Made by a program: the position numbers and the translations under genes. A DNA stretch of 64,000 bases from Eledone cirrhosa (Eukaryota), in contig OZ024745.1 of the NCBI GenBank assembly GCA_964016885.1, positions 105,090,001 to 105,154,000 of the forward strand, read 5' to 3'. Under the pieces are notes generated by a model. It was not told where the DNA came from. It ran no database searches and saw only the letters and a program-made list of their open reading frames with translations. Shown piece by piece: positions 27,444 to 40,453 of this stretch (position 1 is its first letter; every line of letters starts with the position of its first letter).

Positions 27444-30123
27444 CAAGTACTCGTCATAATGATGAAAAGTACAGTTTACCATGGCAGGATTTGAATCCAG
27501 AGTGCAGAAAACTGGAATAAATACTGCAAGGCACTCTATTTGGCATTCTAGTGACTCTACCAAATCAGTGCCTGTTTCCCTCTTTAAAGACCACAAAACA
27601 AGTAAACTGCAAAATACTACAACTAGTTTCTCTACTTTCTTAAATATGAGCCAATGACAAATTTCCTATGGAATCATTTAACCCATTAGCATTTAAACTG
27701 GCCGTTTCCAGCCAGAATTCTCTCACCACTTTTTGTTCAAATTGGCCATAACTTGCTACTTATACTTATGTTAAAGTATTGTCCTCAAAATAAATAATAT
27801 CAAAATCTCATAGATTCATAGATTCAATATCATGTGAGATACTATGTGAGATAAAGCCTTTAACGTGAAAATACAATAGTAAATATAGAGTAATGTAAAA
27901 GCTAAAGTGTTAAACTGCTGAAAATAGCAATGGAATCTCCCCATACCAGCTTAAAAATATTTTTAGATAGCCATAAAAAAACAGGATGGTCTTGGATGGA
28001 ATTCCATACTAAAGAAACTTTACATCAACTTTGGCATAATGTTCTAATTAAAGCAACTATTCTACTGAAAACTCCTTAACCAAATTAATTGGTTACTCTA
28101 ATGTGGAAGTATAAATGGAAGCCTTTCTTAATCCTATTCCATTAACTTCAGCAATTTTCACTTGGATCCACTTGGTGTTTTTCATGTTTCTTTTTATTGG
28201 TCTTAGTTATTGGAATGTGGCCACACAGAAATAGTTGATTATGATGTCTTAAGTACTTATCACAATGCATAGTGTCTTTAAGGAATAATTGATTAGGATG
28301 TTTTAAGTACTTAATGCATAATGTTTCAAAAACAAGAGAACCAGAAAATTATACATTATGAAGCATTTACTTAATTGAAATTAAATGTAGAATGAAAATT
28401 AAACTAACTCTATTTTATGGACTAAAGGAGAATGAAAATCAATGTTGATGTAGGTGGGTTTTGAATGAAGAACATAAAAAGACATAACTAAAACACCAAA
28501 GTATTTTGTTGAATGCTTTATTTATTCTGAATTCTGCAATGTACTGTACTATACTTATTCTTTCCCCGACACTTTTTTAAATTCATAATAATAATTATAG
28601 CCGCCATCATATCTTAATTCTCTTTCACTCTCCTAGACTCATCTTTACCTTCCCTTTAGTTCTCATTCAGTACCATTACTAAACATTAATTCTCTCTCAA
28701 CCTTCCATGCTCTTCTTCTCTACTCTAGGCAGTTAAATAAAATGCCTGGCCATTGCAGAACACATTTAGTAATCATAAGTGCTAATAACTTATTTTCTTG
28801 TCTTATTTGTTTCAGTGAACAAACAGCGGACATATGATGATGATGATCATCATCATCATTTAACGTCCACTTTTTCTGCTGACAAGTGTTGGACAGATCT
28901 TCACAGACTGTGTCAGTACTGAAGCAAGTCTATTGTCCCCCAGACAGGCCTGTCATCTGCATCTCGCTTACATATGGCTCACGTTCTTCTGAGTGCATTT
29001 TATTGTGGCACCAGCACAAGAGAGATTGTCATATCCTTTCAACTCTTTGTTTATCAAGCTTTCTATAGCTGGATGCCCTTCCTATAACCAACTACTTTAC
29101 AGCATGTACTGGGTGCATTTATTGTGTAGGTCACCAACATTAGAAAGATTGCTATGTCCTTGACACAACTGAAGAGTCTTCCTGACCCTTTGTTTAGCAA
29201 GCTTTCTATGGCTGGATGTCCTTCCTACCATCAACTACTTTACAGCATTTAAAGTAATATTAATTGTCATTTAACTCCAAATTGATCTGACCTACATATG
29301 ATCAAAGGCATTCCAGCTGAGATCTTTTTAATCCTTTTGATGCCAAACCACCTAACACTTATGCATGTAAATCAGTGTTTAAGGCCCAAGTTTTACTTCC
29401 ATGCAACATCACAGTTCTCATACAGGCATTATATAATCTGCCTTTCATCAGGAGGGAAAAAAACCCTTTGTAGCCAGCAGAGGTAGCAGCTCCCAGAACT
29501 TTTTCTACTCGGTACTCACTATAGCTACTCTACATTCAAAGCATCCTCCCCCACTGCTAATTAAATCCTCTATATAGGAGAAGCTGTCAACCACTTCTAG
29601 GGAGCCATTTGAGCATTTGATAATGTCTGTTTCATGTGAGTGTTTGCTGCTTACTTCTGTGCACCTATCACAAACACAGCTTACATTCTTTGTTAGCTTA
29701 CTTGAGATACCACTACATATTTTGTGTACCTATATTTTACATTGTGTACACTGTGAGGAATTTCTAACTGATTCCTTTTTTGCATATGGAGCATGGTCAT
29801 TTCCCAGGCAGATCAGTCCTGTCATCTTCCCTACTTACAGACTTTAGTTATTGCTAAGTTGACTTTGAGGTATTTCAATTCCAGATTTTGTTCCAAGCCT
29901 GGAATTTCTATTCTAGTTGCCCTGCAGATTCAGGAATTTTAAACTTGTCTGTTATGGCATAGAGGACTATAATAAACAAAAAGGGACTGAGGACAAAGCC
30001 CTCATGGATCCCTACCTGCATGCTAATTCATCACTTATAGTTAACTCTATATTGCTACTCATGCCCCTCTGCATATGATTTATACAGCCCTCACAAACCA
30101 CTCATCTACCCCTAATTTCTTAA

Positions 30124-31409
30124 CCCTTTAGCATTCGCATTAATTTTCAAACGTCATGCTTATCTGTTCACATTATTTTCAGTTAATCGGTGGATTGGCA
30201 GTATCGGTAGAGGGTCGGACGCCATGCTTTGACGCATAGAGTTACGGCCCTTTCCATTCTGAGTTCAAATCCCGCCGAGGTTAACTTTGCCTTTCATCCT
30301 TACGGGGTCGATAAAATAAAGTACCAGTCATATACTGGGTAATTGCTGGCCTTGTGCCAAAAGTAGAAACAATTATTTTCAGTTAATCATACTCAAGAGG
30401 GTTATCAATTTTATTTGTTTGTAATTTTCTTAATTTTCTATGTGCAGACTTGAAATTTTGTCAGTAGATGTTTAAATATCAATAATTTACAATTATATAA
30501 TTTTACCTAATTTTTTTGGTCAAATTTGATTTTTATGGTCAGGTGAAATTAATTAATAGGGGCATTTGAAGTATCAACCAGGTGCAAATACTGGTTTAAT
30601 TTTAAAAACGTTGTTTTCAGCACAATACTTGATATATAAGAATCACTAAACCTTATATCAGTGTTCCAGTAATTCCACAGTCTTGGAAATTGTTTTATAC
30701 CGAATATAATATTTACGGTAAAAAATGCTCGCATTTCCGCAGCATGTAGGTCGACAAACAGATAGGACTTTCCTCGATTTGAAATCTGTTGTTGGGCATA
30801 TCGATTAATCTCTTCTGCCATAACTCCGAAGAAAGTTTGTGGTAAAAACAAAAAGAAATAATCCAGTGCTTTAGCATCGGGAGCTAATGTGTGTTGTGGA
30901 CCAGTAATTTGAATAAAATCGGAAACATATATTAGTGTGGTATTTTTCAACCATGTTGCTGAAATATTTTCAATGGCGCTCTGGAGTCTCCTTCGTTTTC
31001 ACTTTCAAAATAATCACCGTCGGACGAAATTTCAGAAATATAAACATCAGATTCGATTGATGATAAATCACTAATATTATCGTTTGTTTCTTGTTTATTC
31101 TGAATGTCGTCGTGTGTAAAAACTTCAAAGTCAGTATTGCAACTTTCACAAGCCATGTTGATACAAAAAAAAAAAATTTGTTGCACTTTCAAAGTTAAAA
31201 AAACACTTGTTGTTTTAAGTTGTTCCACTATATTAAGTGTTAATTTTCACGGTAAAGGCCTAATCTCGTAGCAGTCTCGAATTGACAAGATTTTGATGAT
31301 GGCTTGTTTATTTTTAGAACGATTTTTTAGTGTGGGTGTTTTCAGGCGATTTGAACAAATGAAGGGGAAATAATTTTGGGCGATTTCGGGTGGTTTGAAC
31401 ACTAAAGGG
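30124..31409 (-). mobile_element. piggyBac deletion derivative with transposase N-terminal remnant
   Basis: TTAA TSDs (30120-23, 31410-13); CCCTTTAG...CTAAAGGG termini; ORF 30549-30950 (DYFFLFL..EEINRYAQQ..EMRAFF..NYW) resembles PGBD-type transposases, preceded by an acidic N-terminal piece (30947-31156). Confidence 0.88.
30189..30371 (+). mobile_element. tRNA-derived SINE with Nin-like central domain (family A)
   Basis: A/B box-like head (GAGTTCAAATCC), GCCTTTCATCCTTACGGGGTCGATAAAATAAAGTACCAG core, 17-bp TSD attattttcagttaatc. Other copies at about 361-545, 9160-9265, 15005-15110, 15882-16072, 16420-16550, 16717-16912, 17639-17800, 32345-32520, 32603-32790, 58617-58805, 62065-62240, 62885-63020. 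Confidence 0.9.
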
Positions 31410-32569
31410 TTAAGAGTACAAATGAATGCTTTTTAGAGGAGCTTACCTTTAGCTAAGTACTTCTGCAGTTTTCTCATAAGGAGGAGGGCATCAGTGGTAC
31501 TTCTACCCAGTACAAAACCAAACTACATCTCATCTAGGTTAATTTGATCCGTAATCAGCTGTGCTGCAACTCTACGATAACTTTATCTAAGCATAGGTAT
31601 CGCTGTGTGATTAAAACCTCCCTTAGCAGCCACATGGCTTTGGTTTCAATCCCAATATGTAGCACCTTCAGAAAGTGTCTTTTACAATAACCATCGACTG
31701 ACTAGTGCATTGAGAAATTATTTGGTAAATAGAACAGTAAGAAATCAATATATATATATTTATTTATGTGAGTGTGATGTCTTCACTTTGCATGGACACC
31801 ATTTGAGTAAATGACAGCATTTGTTTATGTCCCACAGCTCAGTGATCTGACATATGGAGATCAGTACTTTTAAAAAATGAAAATAATAGTTGATATTAGG
31901 AAGGACATATGGAAATAGCATGCTTAAAAAACGTCTCATCTAACCTATTCCAGCATGGTAAAACAGATGTAAAAATGATAATATAATTATATATATACCC
32001 TCTTAAAAAAAAAAAAGAACACATTGTATAATGTGGTTTGAAAAAAGACAGGCTGGTCACAGCTAGAATGTATTTGGCCATAAGTTTGTTTGATGGAATT
32101 TGTCTTGGGACTAAAAATCAACAACTACTACACCCCAAACCAACAAAAGACCCTCTATATGGTTTCTTATCTTGTTAGAAACAACACCCAAATCTCTCTC
32201 AAAGTACATCCTATCATCTTAAACAAAAGGAAGAACACACTGAGCCCTTGATAAACGATGCTTGAATAAAAGACAGAATAGTTATAGCTGGAACACCATT
32301 GATCATATAACTATTTCCCTATCAGAGCTGATCTACAAATAACTGCTTCTACTTTTGGCACAAGGCCAGCAATTACCTAGTACATTACTGGTACTTTATT
32401 TTATCGACCCCATAAGGGTGAAAGGCAAAGTTAACCTCGGCAGGATTTGAACTCGGAGTGTAAAGGGACATAACTATGCTAGAAAGCATGGCGTCCAACC
32501 CTCTACCGATACTGCCAATTCAACAACGTTATAAAAGCTATAAAAACAAAGGCCAGTTTTGTATTCTAA

Positions 32570-32992
32570 CTCTTTAGCATTTACATTATTCTATATAAAC
32601 TAGGCGGTGGATTGGCAGTATCGGTAGAGGGTCGGACACCATGCTTTCCAGCATAGTTACGTCCCTTTACGATCTGAGTTCAAATCCCGCAGAGGTTGAC
32701 TTTGCCTTTCATCCTTACGGGGGTCGATTAAATAAAGTACCAGTAATGCACTGGGTAATTGCTGGCCTTGTGCCTAAAGTAGAAACAATTATTCTATATA
32801 AACTATTGTATTTTCATGGTAAACACTTTATCTTACATCATATCGCACATAATATTGAATCTACGAGATTTTGATATCATTTATTTTGAGAACAATACCT
32901 TAACATAAGTATGAGCAGCTGGTTATGGCTGGTTTAAATGGAAAGAGGTGAGAGAATTCTGGCCGGATATGGCCGGTTTAAATGCTAAAGGG
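32570..32992. mobile_element. piggyBac-type MITE interrupted by a SINE (about 32603-32790)
   Basis: MITE halves separated by a full SINE with TSD attattctatataaacta. Confidence 0.85.
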
Positions 32993-33448
32993 TTAATGTA
33001 TGTCATATCATGTAAAGGTATTTTTGATAGGTAGGTCACTATACACATGCGAGTATTTAATGAAATTTGGAGAATAAAATGAGCAATAAGAAAGCTAAAA
33101 AGAAAAAAATCATATTTTAACTGAGTTACTATTAACATATTTAATATATGTAAAACAAACTAGAAAAACTATGTAACAAGGGAAAATAATCCATATTAGT
33201 TAATGTCTAATAATCATTTTTATTTTCTTGCTAACTCCAAAGATATTTCAATCTGACTCTGACCTCATTAGTGAAGTATATAGATTTCTACTGTACTTGG
33301 TTAAGTAACAATGATTGAATCAGTAAATAAATATAGAAGATTGTTTATTAGATTGATCATTTGTTGGTGTAGGAAAAGAGAATTGCTTACAAAATTAATT
33401 AAATCAGAGATGTTTTGTTAAATATTTTACATTGCCACCAGCTTTTAA

Positions 33449-33513
<65 letters not shown>

Positions 33514-33524
33514 ATGTGTATGTG

Positions 33525-33558
<34 letters not shown>

Positions 33559-33676
33559 CACAAACTCTCAAAACAGTTAAGTGATAATATTAGTATGCTT
33601 AGAAAGATGGTAAAAAGCAAAATAGTGAAGCAAGATGAATAAAAAAACAAAGTAAATAAAGAGCTTGCTACCATAC

Positions 33677-33741
33677 CTGTGAGTTGATCGGTGTAGGCGT
33701 TGCGTTCTGAAGCTTAAGTGCTCTTTGATTCCGGACATCAG
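33677..33741 (-). CDS. pygo: Pygopus internal coding exon (65 nt, phase 1 to phase 0)
   Basis: tttatctttattcag|CTGATGTCC...AACTCACAG|gtatgg. Reads (A)DVRNQRALKLQNATPTPINSQ and joins the first and terminal exons in frame; non-repeat, GC-richer island. Confidence 0.75.
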
Positions 33742-34312
33742 CTGAATAAAGATAAATAAAATCAAATAAAATCATTTCAATGTAGCCAAACTTTTATAAT
33801 TCAAAAACAAATCTTTTCAAAGAATTAATACTTAAAAATATATCAAAAGGTCATTACATTAAATTGCCTTGCCTATGCCAACAAGAAAACAAAAAATTAC
33901 ACACTGCCAAGCACTAAGAGGCATAAATAGATTATAATAAATTAGGCATTTCAGCCAGGTACAGACCTGTTTCTTAATTTGTTTGGTACTAATATGTAAC
34001 AAGTCTAGGTATTTGAATTATAAGAACAATCTATCCAATAGTCTTCCACATAGTTTGTCAACTTAATTTCACTAACAAGACTTGGCTTGATCCAAAGCAA
34101 TGGTGCTATGCAGTTGGATGAAACCAAGGACCTCATATTTGCAAAGCAAACATCTTAACCACTCAGATACATATATATCTCAGCTGACTAGTACTCGAAT
34201 TCCTCTGAATCACCACATTAGTAAATATTTCTTGTCATTTATATATATATCTATAAATCTACAACCCAATAACCGTCTCCTTCTCTCTCTCTCTCTACAT
34301 ATATATATATAT

Positions 34313-34768
34313 AGTCGAGAGCTTATTAAGTTGTGTGTGTTGGACTGTTGTTTCTATTCAATACACGCTTACCACGTTTGACTAGCGGCGAACGAGGTGA
34401 TAAATTTCATCTTACTGTGTGAACGTTGGTACATAGTGTTTGTGGCATTTAATCAGATTCTCTCGCTGATGATGCCCAAGGATTATCTGTTACAAACACA
34501 CTCAGGGCGAAACAGATTAGGGATAATCTGTCCGAGAGATATAATGGTTATTGAGGCGGTTTGTATAATAATATATTTTTATTTTATCATTCTGTCTGCT
34601 TTTTGGTTAAATATTTCAAACAAATGTGGTTTTTCAACCCTTGTAATATTAGACACACGGTTTACTGTGTTTCTTACTGCATATATATTATTATACGGCT
34701 CAGTATTTTATACTTGGAGCTTAATAGTTACAAGGTTTCAATTGGAGTTTTAACTCTAATTTTCATTT
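34313..34768 (+). mobile_element. HHR-bearing non-coding retroelement (Penelope pLTR / retrozyme-like) in a (TA)n tract
   Basis: About 455 bp unique segment with (TA)n on both sides, containing the complete hammerhead; no credible ORF. Confidence 0.65.
34459..34539 (+). ncRNA. Type I hammerhead ribozyme
   Basis: Stem I TCTCTCG/CGAGAGA; core CTGATGA (34466-72); stem II GCCC/GGGC; GAAA (34509-12); stem III ACAGATTA-GGGA-TAATCTGT; GUC triplet, predicted cleavage after 34532. Confidence 0.9.
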
Positions 34769-34778
34769 ATATATATAT

Positions 34779-37443
34779 ATGGAGGAGTCAATTAAGGCCA
34801 AAAAGCAGGCTTGGAAAGCATGGCGGGATGGGGGAAGTAGAGAAGACTATCAGGTAGCCAGGAGGGAAGCTAGGAGACAAGTGTACTTCGCAAGAAGGGA
34901 AGCAGAGGAAAGAAAGTTCAAGCATGTTCTACAACGTGAGGACCAAAAACGTGAGGTGTTCAGGATTGCCAGGCAATGTGTCAAGGAAAACCGTGATATT
35001 GTCGGGGAGAAGTGTGTGCTTAACGATGATGGCATACTTGCCATCACCGACGCTGATAAGAAGGTAGCTTGGAAGTGTCACTACGAAAGGCTTCTAAATG
35101 AGGAGAACAAATGGGAGAAAGACAGTCTCCCCCACATCGACCCAATAGAGGGACCAGCAGTGTTAGTCCAGGGTAGTACAATAAGCAAGGCAATCAAAGA
35201 TATGAAGACGGGTAAGGCGGCTGGTCCTTCGGAAATAGTTGCTGAGATGCTGAAGGCAACTGGTTCGGTGGGACACACCATGGTCACCCAGATAGTTAAC
35301 CAAGTCGTACAGAATGGGGTTGTTCCGAAGGACTGGCGTAGCAGCATCATCGTTAACTGCTATAAGGGAAAAGGAGATGCCCTAGATAGGAGTAACTATA
35401 GAGGCATTAAATTAATCGACCAGGTCATGAAGGTCACGGAAAAAGTAATAGCGCAACTAATCAGAGAGAGAATTGATCTAGATGAAATGCAGTTCGGATT
35501 TGTGTCAGGCAAAAGTACCACAGACGCTCTTTTCATTGTACGACAACTACAGGAGAAGTACCTAGCTAAAAGTAAACCCCTATACTTAGCTTTCGTCGAC
35601 TTGGAGAAAGCCTTCGACAGAGTCCCCCGTTCCATTATCTGGTGGTCTCTTAGAAAACTAGGTGTTGACGAATGGCTTGTGAGAGCTATACAAGCCATGT
35701 ATAAAGAAACAGTCAGTAAGGTTAGAATTAACAACGAATATAGTGAAGAGTTTAGCGTAAAAGTTGGTGTCCATCAGGGCTCTGTTCTTAGCCCCCTACT
35801 ATTTATTATTGCCCTTCAGGCTATAACAGAGGAGTTCAAGACCGGCTGCCCATGGGAACTCCTATACGCAGATGATCTAACGCTCATAGCTGAATCAATG
35901 ACCGAACTAGAGAAGAAATTCCAAACATGGAAGCACGGCCTAGAATCAAAAGGCCTTAAAATTAACCTGGCTAAGACAAAAGTTCTAGTTTGTAGGAAAG
36001 AAAATATGGCGGCAGTCCCATCTGGGAAATGGCCATGCTCAGTGTGTAGGAAAGGCGTAGGTAGAAACTCCATTTTATGTCCCAAATGCAAAGTATGGGT
36101 GCATAAAAGATGTAGTGGGATCACAGGTAAGCTAACTAAGAACATAGATTTTACATGTGGCCGGTGCTCTGGTGCAATAAGTAGCAGCAAGTGCCCACAA
36201 AATACTAGCTCCTTCAACTGCGCAGAGGGTTCTATAGAAATAGTGGACAGCTTCCGTTACCTGGATGACAAAATCAGCAGTGGGGGAGGGTGCTCTGAAA
36301 GTACAGTAGCTAGAGTCAGAACTGGATGGAAAAAGTTCAGAGAGCTTATACCACTATTAGCCGCTAGAGGGTTCTCCCTAAAAATGAAAGGCAGGTTATA
36401 CGATGCCTGCATACGAACAGCAATGCTGCATGGCAGTGAGACCTGGGCATTGTGTGCAGAGGATATACGCAGACTAGAGAGGAACGAAGCTTGCATGCTC
36501 CGCTGGATGTGCAATAGTAATATACGTGAACGGCAAAGCATAAACGAACTAAGGAAAAAATTAGAAATAAGAGGGATCAGATGTTGTTTACTCGAGAGAA
36601 GGCTACGTTGGTACGGTCACGTGATGCGCATGAAAGACGACAGCTGTATAACAAAGTGCAGGGCAATAAAGATAGACGGTAGCCACGGAGTAGGCAGACC
36701 CAGAAAAACATGGGACGAGCTGATAAATTCCGACCTCACACGCTTACACCTCTCCAAGACAATGTCACTGGACCGAGACCTTTGGCGGTACTCAGTAATA
36801 GAGAAGACCCGCCTTACCTAAATACAAAGTAAAAACCTACTACAGTCAGTAGGCATCTCTATCAAAACACCCCCCCCCGTCCCACCACCTCCACCCCATC
36901 CACACCGCCCCTTTCAATGTACAGTTATGTTGGTCCCACAACATCCAGGCCGAAACAAATGAGATCGTGTAGGTGTCACGACAAAAAAAACACACAGTCC
37001 ACGCTGTAAATGTGGCCGTGTAGGCAACACGGTAAAAACCTCCCAGCCCCACACTGTAAATGTGGTTGGTGTTAGGAAGGGCATCCAGCTGTAGAAAACC
37101 CGCCAGACAGTCCACGCTGTAATGTGGCCGTGTAGGCAACACGGTAAAAACCTCCCAGCCCCACACTGTAAATGTGGTTGGTGTTAGGAAGGGCATCCAG
37201 CTGTAGAAAACCCGCCAGACAGTCCACGCTGTAATGTGGCCGTGTAGGCAACACGGTAAAAACCTCCCAGCCCCACACTGTAAATGTGGTTGGTGTTAGG
37301 AAGGGCATCCAACTGTAGAAAACCCGCCAGACAGTCCTATGCGAGCAAGACAACCACTCTTGAATCAAGTGGGAAAACCCCCGTCCAAACCCATGCAAGC
37401 GTGGAACACGGACGCTAAACCTGATGATGATGATGATGATGAT
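34779..37443 (+). mobile_element. RTE-clade LINE, 5'-truncated, with uninterrupted 680-aa RT ORF (34779-36821) and (GAT)n tail
   Basis: Complete RT (FVDLEKAFD, QGSVLSP, YADD), C4HC3 finger, GRPRKTW C-terminus, no APE domain; (GAT)n tail then (TA)n. Confidence 0.95.
36994..37330 (+). repeat. Three tandem 112-bp units in the RTE 3' region
   Basis: acagtcc recurs at 36994, 37107, 37219 and 37331 with near-identical intervening sequence. Confidence 0.9.
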
Positions 37444-37669
37444 ATATATATATATATATATGTATGTATATATATATATATATATATACATACATACACA
37501 CATATATATGTGGGATAATAGGTAGACTAACAGGAAGGGAAGACTCTGTTTGTAGAAGATGCATGAGGGTAACCAAGGGGAAGATAGCCAGTGATGTAAA
37601 CCTATTCTAGTCACAGGAAGGACCCATAGGAAAGGTTGATAGCATCTGCTATCTAGGCCATGCAATTAG

Positions 37670-38213
37670 CATTGGAGGAGTGTGATCAGAGAGCATAATA
37701 GCAAGAATAAGGATAGGATGGAACAAATTCAGAGCTACTCCCACTGTTGACTACAAAAGGTTTCTCCCTACATACAAAAGGATGACTGTATAACACCTGT
37801 GTGCAAAGTGTGGTGCTGTATGGTTGTGAAACATGGGCTGTGACTAGAGAGAAATGAAGCAACCCTGCTTTGTGAGATGTGCAATGTAAATATGAAAGAA
37901 AGGCAGAGCTTGGACAAGTTGAGGGTTTAAGAGGAATCCGAGGTTGTGTGCAGGAGAGAAGGCTGCATTGGTTTCAACATGTGATTGTTAAGTGAAGAAG
38001 TGCCAGGAAATGCCAGTGGAAGGAAGTCACGGTAGAGGTAGACCAAGAAAGACCTGGGCAGAGGTTGTGCTTGCTGATCTTAAATCACTAAGACTCGCAG
38101 AGGCGATGACAAAGGATCGCAACTTGTGGAGAAATACTGTACTGAGAAGGACCCGCTCAACCCATGTAAGCGTGGTAAAGCAGATGTAAAAATGATGATG
38201 ATGATGATGATGA
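37670..38213 (+). mobile_element. RTE LINE 3' fragment, decayed
   Basis: GRGRPRKTWAEVV ORF remnant and (GAT)n tail. Confidence 0.85.
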
Positions 38214-38253
38214 TATATATATATACAAACACACACAAATATATATATATATA

Positions 38254-38400
38254 CAGCTCCAGACATGTTTCGGTCTAATTATACCTTCTCAGTAAATTAC
38301 AATGAAAACATATCAAGTAGATGTTCAAATTTTACGCAAGCGTGAATAATTTAATATTAGCCTTGTGGTCTTTTTTACTGTATAAATATTTATAATTAAC
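38254..38400 (-). mobile_element. Penelope-like pLTR fragment with degenerate minimal HHR
   Basis: Minus strand CTGAGAA-GGT..ACC-GAAAC-AT-GTC (38292-38262), palindromic ACATGT, adjacent to (TA)n; core has a C3/A8 mismatch and no stem I. Confidence 0.45.
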
Positions 38401-39506
38401 TATAGAAATAGTGGACAGCTTCCATTACCTGGGTGACAAAATCAGCAGTGGGGAGGGTGCTCTGAAAGTACAGTAGCTAGAGTCAGAACGGGATGGAAAC
38501 AGTTCAGAGAGCTTATACCACTATTGGCCGCTAAAGGGTTCTCTCTAAAAATGAAAGGCAGGCTGTATGATGCCTGCATATGAACAGCAATGTTACATGG
38601 CAGTGAGACCTGGGCATTGTGTGCAGAGGATATACGCAGACTGGAGAGAAACGAAGCTTGCATGCTCAGCTGGATGTGTAATAGTAATATATGTGAATGG
38701 CAAAGCATAAACGAACTAAGGGAGAAATTAGGAATAAGAGGGATCAGATGTTGTTTACTCGAGAGAAGACTACGTTGGCACGGTCACGTGATGCGCATGA
38801 CAGACGACAGCTGTATAAAAAAGTGCAGGGCGATAAAAATAGACGGTAGCCACGGAGTAGGCAGACCCAGAAAAACCTGGGACGACTTGATTAATTCCGA
38901 CCTCACACACTTACACCTCTCCAAGACAATGTCACTGGACCGAGATCTTTGGTGCTACACAGTTATACAGAAGACCCACCTTGCATAAGTACAAAGCGAA
39001 ATCTACAGTCAGTAGGCACCTCTAACAAAATACACCCCTGTCCCCCTACCCCCACCAAATCCACACCACCCCCTTAAATGTGAAGTTATGTTGGTACCAC
39101 AACATCCAGTCCGAAACAAATGAGGTCATGTAGGTGTCACGACAAAAAAACACAGTCTACGCTGTAATGTGGCCGTGTAGGTAACACGGTAAAAACCTCC
39201 CAGTACACACTGTAAACGTGGTTGGTGTTGGGAAGGGCACCCAGCTGTAGAAAACCTGCCAGACGTGTAGGTGTCATGACAAAAAAACACACAGTCCATG
39301 CTGTAATGTGGCCGTGTAGGTAACATGGTAAAAACCTCCCAGTCCACACTATAAACGTGGTTGGTGTTAGGAAGGGCATCCAGCCGTAGAAAACCCGCCA
39401 GACAGTCCTATACGAGCAGGATAACCAATCTTGCCTCAAGTGGGAAAACTCCCGTCCAAACTCATGCAAGCGTGGAAGATGGACGTTAAACGATGATGAT
39501 GATGAT
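38400..39506 (+). mobile_element. RTE LINE 3' fragment, same subfamily as the 34779 copy
   Basis: MLHGSETWALCAEDIRRLERNEA, closely similar to 36232-37440; (GAT)n tail. Confidence 0.92.
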
Positions 39507-40453
39507 CATCATCACTGAGATCTGTTTTTTTTTCCTTTTTTATTCTAAAAGGATTATAGTTTTACTGTGTTTAGCTACACTGTCTTATATCCTTTCCTGG
39601 GTCAACCCTTCTTTTTCATTATCTCTCAGTTGATAAAATAAAAACTAATCATGCAGTGGGTTTATATAATTCATTCCCAAAATTGTATAGTCCTTATGCT
39701 AAAGATAAACAGAAATCGTTACATGTAGTAATTATATTTTACAATTATCTTCAAAAGAAGTGTGTCTGTTCAACCAATAATTTAATACAACAGTTGTTGA
39801 AACGTTATTAATAACTAGTTGTTCAAAGAAACAAAAAGAAACATTGGACCATTTGTATATGTGCATGTAAGATGGAGAGAAGTATTGTTATTTATTTATA
39901 TCTATTCAGTGTCACACAGTTACAAGCATATAAGAGAAAGTGATTGAAATAAATAGAAATAAATTATTTTTTGAAAATTTATAAATATTTTTAAAAGAGA
40001 AATGATGCATGCCAACACAATTTTTTTTTGCCTCAGTAACCTTGGGAAACATGCAAAGATTGATCATACCTGCCCCAGAGCATCAAGAATCATTCAGCTA
40101 AATACAATGTTTAATTCCTATACTTTGCCTGTCATCTCTCAGAGATTAGTTTTAAAAATAGTATCTTTAATTAGCTTGAATTCAGTATTTAGATGGATGG
40201 ATTTAGAAGTAAAAAAAGTGACAGGAGATGGGATCCAAACTCGGAATGTATAGATCCAGAATAGAGACAGCAAAGCATTCGGTTTGAAACTTCAACAATT
40301 CTGCCAATGCATCAACCCTGGACTGGTATTCTTTTTTATCTACTCTGAGAGAATGAAAGGCAAAGTTACCTTCAACAGGATTTGAATCTAGAGCATAGAG
40401 AGACAGAACAAATACAGAGGCATTTAATCCTAGCAACTGCCAATTTGCTAAGG

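Larger units (their letters stand above)
29480..31590 (-). mobile_element. Old RTE LINE fragment split by a piggyBac insertion
   Basis: 29480-30123 and 31410-31590 rejoin at TTAA to read through the RT region ..KKLGVDEW..; DEM.FGFV remnant at about 31515-31535. Confidence 0.75.
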
